Shown: positions 1 to 7,711 of the stretch, piece after piece
How positions within the stretch are numbered: position 1 is the first letter of the stretch
Layout of the letters: each line of letters begins with the position of its first letter
NCBI RefSeq assembly: GCF_002310835.1
Contig: NZ_CP011041.1
Span: 1,530,001-1,562,000 of the forward strand
DNA: 32,000 nucleotides
Direction: 5' to 3'
Origin: Pseudoalteromonas tetraodonis
GTDB lineage: Bacteria; Pseudomonadota; Gammaproteobacteria; Enterobacterales; Alteromonadaceae
Translations under genes and position numbers: made by a program
Notes under the pieces: generated by a model
The model's database searches: none
What the model was told of the DNA's origin: nothing
What the model saw: the letters and a program-made list of their open reading frames with translations, nothing else

Positions 1-763
1 GATCAATGTCGCCACAGCGCGTACCCATAACAAGCCCTTCAAGCGGGGTTAACCCCATACTGGTATCAACACTTTTGCCATTTTTAATCGCACACACTGA
101 ACAGCCGTTGCCTAAGTGAGCGCTAATAAAGTTACTGTTTTCAATAGGAAGTGCCAACAACTTCGCAGTTTGCCCTGCCACATAAAAATGGCTGGTGCCA
201 TGAAAACCATAGCGCCTAACACCAAAGTCTTTATAAAGCTGATAAGGAAGGGCATAAAGATAAGCGACTTCATCCATCGTTTGATGAAATGCCGTGTCGA
301 ACACGGCTACTTGCGGTAAATTTTTAAATGATGCTTGCGCTGATGAAATACCCAGTAAGTTAGCGTGGCCATGCAAAGGTGCTAGCGTAGCTGCTTGCGT
401 GATACCTGCAATAACGCGTTCGTCAATTAATACTGATTGGGTAAAATGCTCACCACCATGCACAACACGATGACCAACAGCAACTAGTTGCTCATCAAGA
501 TTGTGATCTTTTATTAAATCAACCAGCGTATCAATGGCATGCGCGTGTGCCTGATTAGCAGCAAGTTTAATGGTGGTCTTTTCTCCCTTAAATTTATATT
601 TTATTGAGGGAGCATCTGCACCTAGGCGCTCAGCTAAACCTGAAATAATGTCTTTTCCTGTGTTTGCATCAATAATTGCAAACTTTAAACTTGAGCTTCC
701 ACAATTAAGTACCAAAACATGGTTTGGTTTTTTTGGGAGAGTTGGCATAGATTCATTTTCCAT
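1..763 (-). CDS. ackA: acetate kinase, N-terminal ~254 codons (3' end runs off the left window edge)
   Basis: Absent from the ORF track because it is open at the edge. My minus-strand translation from ATG (complement of 761-763) reads [37 protein letters not shown]...[12 protein letters not shown]...[10 protein letters not shown]...[18 protein letters not shown]. These are acetate/propionate kinase signatures. It is divergent from yfbV as in E. coli. Alternative start at Met6 (748). Confidence 0.9.
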   Translation of the reverse strand, partial: MENESMPTLPKKPNHVLVLNCGSSSLKFAIIDANTGKDIISGLAERLGADAPSIKYKFKGEKTTIKLAANQAHAHAIDTLVDLIKDHNLDEQLVAVGHRVVHGGEHFTQSVLIDERVIAGITQAATLAPLHGHANLLGISSAQASFKNLPQVAVFDTAFHQTMDEVAYLYALPYQLYKDFGVRRYGFHGTSHFYVAGQTAKLLALPIENSNFISAHLGNGCSVCAIKNGKSVDTSMGLTPLEGLVMGTRCGDID

Positions 764-1001
764 TTAAATATTAATCAGTACACTTGGTTGATATATAAGC
801 ATTGTAAGCTTAAATGGGTATAGACTAAAGTGTAGTTGACTTTATTAAAAGGGCTTTGTGGAATTCTTTCGATAATTTATGCTTTTTGTGAGTTTTACTA
901 ATGAAATTAAGCATTTTTACCGATAAAGTGAGAGTTGTGTTACACTTTTATAAGCAAGATGCTTTTACAAGTGTTAAATGCCGTGATTGTGAGGATTTAT
1001 A

Positions 1002-1448
1002 ATGCAAAAAAGTGTGATATCACAAGTTCAATTAGGGCGCGCTTATGCTAAAACATGGCCTATGCGTAAAGAGGTCGCGCCATTATTTGCCGAGTTTAAA
1101 GTGATCAGAGCAACCGAGCTTGCGATTACAGTAATGCCTATTTTAGCCATGTTAACTTTGTTTTTTCAGCTTAATTATTTAGGCCCTGATTTTTTACCTC
1201 AAGCTATTGCCAGTAGTCTATTTTTTATCTCCTTGCCGTTACAGGGGCTTTTATGGCTAGGTAAACGTGCGCAAACAGAATTAGAACCCGCTATGCTGCA
1301 ATGGTACAACGAGTTGTTTGCAAAAATGATCGCCAACGGTTACGACGCACAAATGGGGAAAAACAAGCCCCGCTATTTGGAGCTTGCTGAATTGTTAAAA
1401 GACATGTTTGATAAAATGGATAAAACCTTTACTAAAGAGCAGTTTTAA
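1002..1448 (+). CDS. yfbV: UPF0208 inner-membrane protein YfbV (terminus macrodomain insulation protein family)
   Basis: 148 aa with GAGGA Shine-Dalgarno 5-6 nt upstream. Contains TWPMRKEVAPLF, two hydrophobic helices and LQGLLWLGKR, which matches my recollection of E. coli YfbV. Divergent from ackA as in enterics. Confidence 0.75.
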   Translation: MQKSVISQVQLGRAYAKTWPMRKEVAPLFAEFKVIRATELAITVMPILAMLTLFFQLNYLGPDFLPQAIASSLFFISLPLQGLLWLGKRAQTELEPAMLQWYNELFAKMIANGYDAQMGKNKPRYLELAELLKDMFDKMDKTFTKEQF

Positions 1449-2235
1449 CAAACTGGCTAATATAAAATGACAAGGTAACCTTATGATGCTGTTTTTGTTC
1501 AAGTGCCTGCCAATGCTCGGGTCTGAACTTCCATGCAAAGGGTGTCATCATTATTAAATTTCTTACGTCGCTAAATGTGAGTGACACTTGCTCTGTAATG
1601 AGCTGTTGCGATGATTGTTTAAAGCCTGTTGGCGTAGCAACTTCAGTATGTTCATTTACCGTATTATAGATATATTTTTTCAACTCTTTGAGGTGCATAG
1701 GCCCAGGGCTTGCCACCACTAAACAGCCATCCTCTTTCACAAGGCGAGAAAGTTCATCGTCAAACAAAGGGGCAAACACGCTAATTAACACATCAGCAAG
1801 GTGATCATTAAAGGGCGCGTGGCTTATTGATGCCACGCTAAATTGACATTGTTTGTATCGTTTTGCTGCGTATTTTACCGCCGACTTAGATATATCAACA
1901 CCATACACAGTAGCTTGCGTGTTATTTGCTATAGCATGAGTGTAAAACCCCTCGCCACACCCTAAATCAATCACTATATTTGCATTGAGCGGTTTGACTA
2001 AATTAGCTAAGGCTGTCTGTAAAAATGCATAATGGCCTTGCTCTAAAAAAGAACGCCTTGCTTGTACCATTTCTAAAGAGTCACCGGGCTGTTTAGAGTT
2101 TTTATTTTGCACGGGGAGTAAGTTTACATAGCCTTCTTTGGCAAAATCAAAGCTGTGGTTATTATCACAGCGTAATGTTTTTTCATTAAGTGCCAATGGA
2201 AGTTTGCAAATAGGGCAATGGTAATGAAGACTCAT
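1432..2235 (-). CDS. rlmA: 23S rRNA (guanine745-N1)-methyltransferase
   Basis: 267 aa. N-terminal Zn-finger CPICKLPL...LRCDNNHSFDFAKEGYVNLLPVQ, SAM motif VIDLGCGEGFYTH and C-terminal MTPFAWKFRPE. Near-colinear with E. coli RlmA as I recall it. Confidence 0.85.
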   Translation of the reverse strand: MSLHYHCPICKLPLALNEKTLRCDNNHSFDFAKEGYVNLLPVQNKNSKQPGDSLEMVQARRSFLEQGHYAFLQTALANLVKPLNANIVIDLGCGEGFYTHAIANNTQATVYGVDISKSAVKYAAKRYKQCQFSVASISHAPFNDHLADVLISVFAPLFDDELSRLVKEDGCLVVASPGPMHLKELKKYIYNTVNEHTEVATPTGFKQSSQQLITEQVSLTFSDVRNLIMMTPFAWKFRPEHWQALEQKQHHKVTLSFYISQFVKTAL

Positions 2236-2879
2236 GAGCCTAAATAGTCCTTATCAAAAAAAGTTTTTACCCAGTGCGGGCGATAGGTGATCATAACAGT
2301 TATTGCCATACCGTTTAGCATTGCTTCAGGAAACGCTAAAATAGGACTGAGATAAATGTAGTTTTCTGTTAGCTGATGCCAATTATATTCGCCAATTGCG
2401 TAATAAAAAACACCCCCGAGTATAATGTTAACGCAAGCAACGACACCAGCCGTTAAAAAGCTACAAACAAATATATAGATAAAAAAGTGCCGCGCTAAGT
2501 AGTGGTAACAAAGCATAAATACAAAGTAGCTTAATAATACTGGAATAAACGCACTTATTAGTAATTTTACCGCAATCAGCTCGAATGCTATTTGTCCAAA
2601 TGCAGTTAGCAGGGCTGTTGTTAATACACAACTTAAAATAGCCAGACGCCAGCCTAAAATCAGCGTAACAGCAGTAATGCCCAATATATGAAGATCAAGC
2701 CCAGGTAAAATACCGGCTTTTATACGCCATAGTAAAGCGAGCACCAGCGCGCAGGCAAACACGCCAGTTTGCCTAGCTGGCGTATTAAATAAATTGGCGT
2801 ATGTTGATTTATTAACACTTAAAAAGCCAATAACAATAACACCAATCCACAGTAATGCCTGTAATTGCACACTTAGCAT
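2232..2879 (-). CDS. polytopic inner-membrane protein of unknown function (about 6-7 predicted TM helices)
   Basis: 215-aa ORF, almost entirely hydrophobic helices. Its stop overlaps the rlmA start (ATGA at 2232-2235) and its start lies 5 nt after the xthA stop, so it is packed into an operon. No family recognised with confidence. Confidence 0.6.
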   Translation of the reverse strand: MLSVQLQALLWIGVIVIGFLSVNKSTYANLFNTPARQTGVFACALVLALLWRIKAGILPGLDLHILGITAVTLILGWRLAILSCVLTTALLTAFGQIAFELIAVKLLISAFIPVLLSYFVFMLCYHYLARHFFIYIFVCSFLTAGVVACVNIILGGVFYYAIGEYNWHQLTENYIYLSPILAFPEAMLNGMAITVMITYRPHWVKTFFDKDYLGS

Positions 2880-2884
2880 AATCG

Positions 2885-3691
2885 TTAATTAAACTCAGAC
2901 CAAATAGGCGCATGATCTGAAGGCTTGTCGATAGCACGTAATTCGTAATCTATACCGGTGTCGATACAGCGAGCTGCTAAGTCATGCGTTGCCAAAACCA
3001 CATCAATCCTTAGTCCACGATTATCAACAAAACCCTTAGAGCGGTAGTCAAACCATGAGTATTGATCGTTAGTTTCTGGGTTTTGCTCCCTAAAGGTGTC
3101 TTTAAAGCCCCAGTTTAATAACGTTGCTAGCCATTCACGCTCAACGGGTTGAAATGAACATTTTCCGGTTTTTAACCAGCGTTTTGCGTTTACCTCACCA
3201 ATACCAATATCTAAATCGGTTGGAGAGATATTAATATCGCCCATTACAATTACATCTTGATCAGGCGTGTAATGACTATTTAGGTGAGTCATTAAGTCTT
3301 GATAAAATTGACGTTTATAAGGGAATTTAGTTTCGTGGTTGATGTTATCGCCTTGCGGGAAGTAGCCATTCATGACATGCAGGTCACGGCCATTTTCTTG
3401 CTCTACGGTAACGCTGATCATTCGCTTTTGCGACTCATCTGTGTCGGTGGAAAAGCCTTTTAATACCGACTTAGGCTCTTTTTTGCATAACATTGCCACA
3501 CCGTAATGCGCTTTTTGTCCATGAAAATAAACGTGGTAACCCATTTTTTGTACATCGTCTAGCGGAAATGCTTCATCGTGCACTTTTATCTCTTGAAGAC
3601 CAATAATATCTGGCTGGTGTTTATCAATAATAGCTTGTAACTGATGTAGGCGAGCACGCAGACCATTGATATTAAAAGAAATCACTTTCAT
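2885..3691 (-). CDS. xthA: exodeoxyribonuclease III
   Basis: From Met47 of the 314-aa track ORF: [43 protein letters not shown]...[15 protein letters not shown]...[12 protein letters not shown]. Colinear with E. coli XthA (268 aa). The upstream 46 codons are an AT-rich read-through extension. Confidence 0.9.
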   Translation of the reverse strand: MKVISFNINGLRARLHQLQAIIDKHQPDIIGLQEIKVHDEAFPLDDVQKMGYHVYFHGQKAHYGVAMLCKKEPKSVLKGFSTDTDESQKRMISVTVEQENGRDLHVMNGYFPQGDNINHETKFPYKRQFYQDLMTHLNSHYTPDQDVIVMGDINISPTDLDIGIGEVNAKRWLKTGKCSFQPVEREWLATLLNWGFKDTFREQNPETNDQYSWFDYRSKGFVDNRGLRIDVVLATHDLAARCIDTGIDYELRAIDKPSDHAPIWSEFN

Positions 3692-3931
3692 AAAGTTTAC
3701 CTTCAAATTTATTTTCATTGTTAGCCAAATTGTATCAGTATTTGGAGCGACATAACATGATTGAAACGAGAAAATAGCTGCACAAATGTTGATCAATTTT
3801 TGCTTAATGTTTAAACATTGTAAATGCAATATTAAATAATAAAATAAATAAAATATTCAATTGATATGTTAAAAGTTGTCTATATAATGCGCAAAAATCG
3901 TTTATTTAACTCGTTCAAATAGGACCACCTG

Positions 3932-4363
3932 ATGAAAACTCAATTACTTTTAGCCGCCTCTCTTTTTGTTTCTGTAACTGCTACTGCGCAAAGCAATACG
4001 TATTACAGCCAAGACAACAAATTAGAGTCTAATTTATGTGTTGTAAGCGCCAATGAGGGGTTTTCGGCTGCTCGTAAAATGGCAGCAAAGCACGGTGTAT
4101 ATTTATCGCGTTATTCAAAAAGTATCCTATGTAACGGTCAAGACATCCGTGACATTGCAAAAAAAGAAGCAGCAACGCAATCAGTTGTGTCTAAAGTAGA
4201 AGTATTTGCAAAAGATTCACACCAAGAAACACAGTTATGTATGACTGCATTAAAGCAAGGCCTACAACCAGTACGTAAGCAAATTGGTAACTTAAATTCA
4301 TTAAAGTGTAATGGCCAAAGCGTTACTGATTTTGTTAAGCGTTACCAAAACGCTGCAATCTAA
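3932..4363 (+). CDS. secreted DUF3718-like protein (signal peptide, internal two-fold repeat, 4 Cys)
   Basis: 143 aa. Signal peptide MKTQLLLAASLFVSVTATA/QS. Two related half-modules (NLCVVSANEG...ILCNGQDIRDIAKK and QLCMTALKQG...LKCNGQSVTDFVKRY). AGGA 8 nt upstream of the ATG. Confidence 0.6.
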   Translation: MKTQLLLAASLFVSVTATAQSNTYYSQDNKLESNLCVVSANEGFSAARKMAAKHGVYLSRYSKSILCNGQDIRDIAKKEAATQSVVSKVEVFAKDSHQETQLCMTALKQGLQPVRKQIGNLNSLKCNGQSVTDFVKRYQNAAI

Positions 4364-4384
4364 ATTACCGTATTAGATATAAAT

Positions 4385-4413
4385 AGCTCGGTTCTTACCG
4401 AGCTTTTTTTTTT
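4385..4413 (+). terminator. rho-independent terminator
   Basis: agctcggt-tctt-accgagct hairpin (8-bp stem) followed by T10, 22 nt after the stop at 4363. Confidence 0.75.
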
Positions 4414-4566
4414 GCAAAAATTACCAGAGTAGCTTGCAAAAATTGCATTATTAAATATCGTAATAGAAGTTGTTCTTGGTTAATTGTTTGATTTTAATGG
4501 TTTATTTTTTTTGGCATCGTATTTGTATTACTAGATTTGAAATTTATTAATACAAGGATACGTCTG

Positions 4567-5088
4567 ATGAAAAAATTAACGATAGCTTCTACTGTTTTAG
4601 CCGCATTGAGTTTAGCCGCTTGTTCTTCAAATCAAGGTTTAGAAAAAATCGACAGTGATTTTGCAAGCTTAGATAACGACAGCGATGGCTTTATTTCTAA
4701 AACAGAAGCCGACGATGATAGTATTTGGCAGCACTTTTCAAATATAGATACAAATATGGATAATCAAATAAGCCGTAATGAATATGATGCTTATATGCAG
4801 CTAAATGCTGGGAAAGTTGCTACAGATAGTGAAGTGAGTGAGTCTGCATTTAAGGCTGATATTGCGAAGTTTGATAAAATAGAAAATGACTTTAAAAGCT
4901 TAGATAATGATAGCAACGGCTTTATTTCAGTTTCTGAAGCTGACGATGATGATATTTCAAATCATTTTGGTTACATGGACAGCAATAAAGATAAACGAGT
5001 AAGTAAAAAAGAGTTTAATAGCTATATCCAAAAACATGGTGATTCTGTTGCAGAGGACGATGCACTTGAGCAATTTAAAAATAGCTAA
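4567..5088 (+). CDS. lipoprotein with four EF-hand calcium-binding loops (tandem duplicated module)
   Basis: Start at Met11 of the track ORF (AAGGA 9 nt upstream). Lipobox LSLAAC|SS. EF loops DNDSDGFISKTE, DTNMDNQISRNE, DNDSNGFISVSE and DSNKDKRVSKKE fit the D-x-[DN]-x-[DN]-G/x-x-[IV]-x-x-x-E pattern. Confidence 0.75.
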   Translation: MKKLTIASTVLAALSLAACSSNQGLEKIDSDFASLDNDSDGFISKTEADDDSIWQHFSNIDTNMDNQISRNEYDAYMQLNAGKVATDSEVSESAFKADIAKFDKIENDFKSLDNDSNGFISVSEADDDDISNHFGYMDSNKDKRVSKKEFNSYIQKHGDSVAEDDALEQFKNS

Positions 5089-5115
5089 ATTACATTATTA
5101 AATACACTTGATACC

Positions 5116-5142
5116 AAGCCAGTGTTTTTCACTGGCTTTTTT
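5116..5142 (+). terminator. rho-independent terminator
   Basis: aagccagtg-ttttt-cactggctt hairpin followed by a T-run, 28 nt after the stop at 5088. Confidence 0.65.
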
Positions 5143-5239
5143 ATACCTATAAAATGTTATTTTATTAATATGTTTTCCTAGTTTGCCGTTGTTCTGTCAT
5201 AATAGATGGCTGTGTGTTTTTATTAACTTTAGAGTGATT

Positions 5240-5830
5240 ATGGTTGGTCGGCGAATTAGTGATGAACAATTAATTGAAATCATTGAAGCGGCGATTTTTG
5301 TGGCAGGCAAGCCCGTATCAAAACGTCATCTTAAGGACACGGTTTTAAACGACTTAGCAATTTCTATGGCGCGCATTAATGATGCTGTAGAGGCCATTCA
5401 AGTTCACTATCAGACGCGTGGAATACGTTTAGTTGAGGTAGGCAGTGGCTATCGTTTTCAAGCGTGCAGTAGTTTAAGCCCATGGTTGAGTAATTTATGG
5501 CAAGAACGTGCCCCTAAATACTCTAGAGCTTTACTCGAAACCCTGTCGTTAATTGCATACAAGCAACCCATTACCCGTGGTGAAATTGAGCAAGTGCGGG
5601 GTGTAGCAACTGGCTCAAATATTATTAAAACTCTGCTTGAAAGAGAGTGGATTAAAGTAGTTGGGCATAAAGAAGTACCCGGTAAACCGGCACTTTATGC
5701 AACGACTAAACAATTTTTAGATTATTTTTCGATAACGGGACTTCATGATTTACCCGCATTGCCAGAGCAACAGCAAAGTAAAATTACCCAGTTATTAAGT
5801 GATCCTTCTGTGAGAGAACCATCCGAATGA
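5240..5830 (+). CDS. scpB: segregation and condensation protein B (SMC-kleisin partner family)
   Basis: From ATG 5240 (Met20 of the track ORF, whose own start is a TTG): [19 protein letters not shown]...[24 protein letters not shown]...[16 protein letters not shown]. This matches the winged-helix ScpB pattern. The stop overlaps the rluB start (ATGA). Confidence 0.8.
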   Translation: MVGRRISDEQLIEIIEAAIFVAGKPVSKRHLKDTVLNDLAISMARINDAVEAIQVHYQTRGIRLVEVGSGYRFQACSSLSPWLSNLWQERAPKYSRALLETLSLIAYKQPITRGEIEQVRGVATGSNIIKTLLEREWIKVVGHKEVPGKPALYATTKQFLDYFSITGLHDLPALPEQQQSKITQLLSDPSVREPSE

Positions 5831-6696
5831 GTATACAAGGTGAAAAGTTACAAAAAGTCCTAGCCCGTGCAGGTGTAGGCTCACGCCGTGAAATGGAAAA
5901 ATACATTGATGCAAATCGTGTGAGTGTAAATGGTAAAGTAGCTAAGTTAGGCGACAGGGTTGAAGAAACCGATTTAATTCGTGTTGACGGCCATACCGTT
6001 AAAATAGAAGAAAAAGCAGACAGAATTTGTCGTGTAATTATGTATAACAAACCAGAGGGTGAGTTAAGTACGCGTAAAGACCCTGAAGGCCGTAGAACCG
6101 TTTTTGACCGCTTACCTCGTATTGATGGCGATCGCTGGATAGCAGTAGGCCGATTAGACGTGAATACCTCAGGCCTAATGCTGTTTACCAATGACGGTGA
6201 ATTGGCAAACCGCTTAATGCACCCAAGCTATGAAGTTGAACGCGAATATTCAGCACGTGTATTTGGTGAAGTCACTGACGAAACAATGAAAAACTTACTG
6301 CGTGGCGTAGAACTTGAAGATGGCCCCGCAAAGTTCACTGGTATCAAGCCTATGGGCGGTGAAGGTATTAATCGTTGGTATAATGTAACGCTTAATGAAG
6401 GTCGTAACCGTGAAGTGCGTCGTTTATGGCAATCACAAGATGTGGAAGTATCACGTCTTATTCGTATTCGTTACGGTAAATTAGAGCTTGATAAGCGTGT
6501 ACCGCAAGGTGGCTGGATTGAGTATGATTTAGATACGGTTAACTATTTACGTAAAACAGTAAAGCTTGGCAAAGAAACACAAACTAAGCTGTCGGTTATT
6601 CCTGAAAAGCGTAAAGACAAGCGCGCTAAAATAAACCAAATTCGCAAGGCGGTTAAAAAGCACAATCAACGTGTAAAACCGACTAAACGTAAGTAA
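5827..6696 (+). CDS. rluB: 23S rRNA pseudouridine(2605) synthase
   Basis: 289 aa. N-terminal S4 domain ([18 protein letters not shown]), catalytic [17 protein letters not shown] and a basic C-terminal tail. Confidence 0.9.
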   Translation: MSIQGEKLQKVLARAGVGSRREMEKYIDANRVSVNGKVAKLGDRVEETDLIRVDGHTVKIEEKADRICRVIMYNKPEGELSTRKDPEGRRTVFDRLPRIDGDRWIAVGRLDVNTSGLMLFTNDGELANRLMHPSYEVEREYSARVFGEVTDETMKNLLRGVELEDGPAKFTGIKPMGGEGINRWYNVTLNEGRNREVRRLWQSQDVEVSRLIRIRYGKLELDKRVPQGGWIEYDLDTVNYLRKTVKLGKETQTKLSVIPEKRKDKRAKINQIRKAVKKHNQRVKPTKRK

Positions 6697-6713
6697 TTAA
6701 AGCATAAAACAAC

Positions 6714-6740
6714 AAAGCCGCTTTTTATAGCGGCTTTTTT
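6714..6740. terminator. hairpin terminator between convergent rluB and yciK
   Basis: agccgct-ttttat-agcggct hairpin with T6 on the plus strand and an A-rich 5' flank. It lies between the stops at 6696 (+) and 6758 (-). Confidence 0.7.
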
Positions 6741-6757
6741 ACGTTTAAAACTAAATA

Positions 6758-7504
6758 TTACTTTTTAGCTTGTGCGTCTAACGATTGGCCATTGATATCT
6801 TTTGAGTCATCACTCATTAAATACAGGTAAGTTGGCATTAAATCTTCAGGTGTTGCTAGTAAATCACGATCTTCACCTGGGAATGCACTTGCACGCATTG
6901 ATGTACGTGTTGCGCCTGGATTGATGCAGTTAACACGGATTGGCGTTTTTTCAACTTCACACGCCCATGTTTGCATCATACCCTCTACCGCAAACTTAGA
7001 AATAGCGTAAGGTCCCCAAAATTCTCTTCCTTTACGACCTACACCCGATGAGGTAAATACCACTGAAGCACTTTTTGACTTACGCATTACAGGGAACAAC
7101 GCTTTGGTGATCATCGCTTGTGCTGTTACGTTTACTTTCATTACATTTTCGAATGTTGATGAACAAAAGTGCTCCAACGGCCCTAAAGTACCTAAAATAC
7201 CAGCGTTATTTAATAGTCCATCAAGGCGGCCAAATTGACTTTCGATTGTTGCGGCTAAATCACGATAGTTCTGTTTAGTTGCACCTTTTAAGTCCATAGG
7301 CACAATCGCTGGCTGTGGGTAGCCTGCATTGACGATTTCGTCATACACACATTCTAGTTTATTAGTTGTTTTTCCTAATAAAATAACGGTTGCACCATGT
7401 TTAGCATAAGTAATTGCTGCAATACGGCCGATACCATCACCTGCGCCTGTTATCAAAATTACTTTGTCTTTAAGTGCGTTTTCAGTTGCTTGATAGGTAT
7501 GCAT
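6758..7504 (-). CDS. yciK: YciK-family short-chain dehydrogenase/reductase
   Basis: From Met18 of the track ORF: MHTYQATENALKDKVILITGAGDGIGR (TGxxxGIG Rossmann motif), NNAG, YAISKFAVEG (YxxxK) and RVNCINPGATRTSMRASAFPGED. Colinear with E. coli YciK as I recall it, and next to rluB as in E. coli. Confidence 0.8.
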   Translation of the reverse strand: MHTYQATENALKDKVILITGAGDGIGRIAAITYAKHGATVILLGKTTNKLECVYDEIVNAGYPQPAIVPMDLKGATKQNYRDLAATIESQFGRLDGLLNNAGILGTLGPLEHFCSSTFENVMKVNVTAQAMITKALFPVMRKSKSASVVFTSSGVGRKGREFWGPYAISKFAVEGMMQTWACEVEKTPIRVNCINPGATRTSMRASAFPGEDRDLLATPEDLMPTYLYLMSDDSKDINGQSLDAQAKK

Positions 7505-7711
7505 AAAAGTACCAATGTTTAAATTTTTTTTGATTTTAACATAGCAAATCGACAAGTAATCGAATTTATTACAAATTTAGGTGGCGAAACTAGAAAGTTT
7601 ACGTTAAGTTTAACTGGTCTAATGTCTCATTAATATACTAGCTACATTATTTTAACTTAATTACACTGACTATAAACACACTATAAAAATAAGATTTGTG
7701 CGGAGAACACT

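Noticed and set aside
3692-3829. 46-codon N-terminal extension of the xthA ORF in the track (start 3829).
   Set aside because: The extension is AT-rich and has no homology to the XthA N-terminus. [11 protein letters not shown] at 3691 aligns with the very first residues of E. coli XthA.
3989-4000. AATACGTATT core of the locus palindrome inside the DUF3718-like CDS, and an ACGTATGC half-site inside topA (about 18653-18660).
   Set aside because: The outer TG./.CA arms do not match, both lie in coding sequence, and neither has a functional link to the glucan locus. Chance core matches are likely.
5183-5239. TTG-initiated 19-codon extension of scpB (MPLFCHNRWLCVFINFRVI).
   Set aside because: It starts only about 40 nt downstream of the upstream terminator (5116-5142) and has no Shine-Dalgarno. 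ScpB homology begins after ATG 5240.
5784-6191. 135-aa minus-strand ORF antisense to rluB.
   Set aside because: It is fully embedded in a confidently identified gene. Its Ser/Arg/Pro-rich composition is typical of antisense read-through and it has no Shine-Dalgarno.
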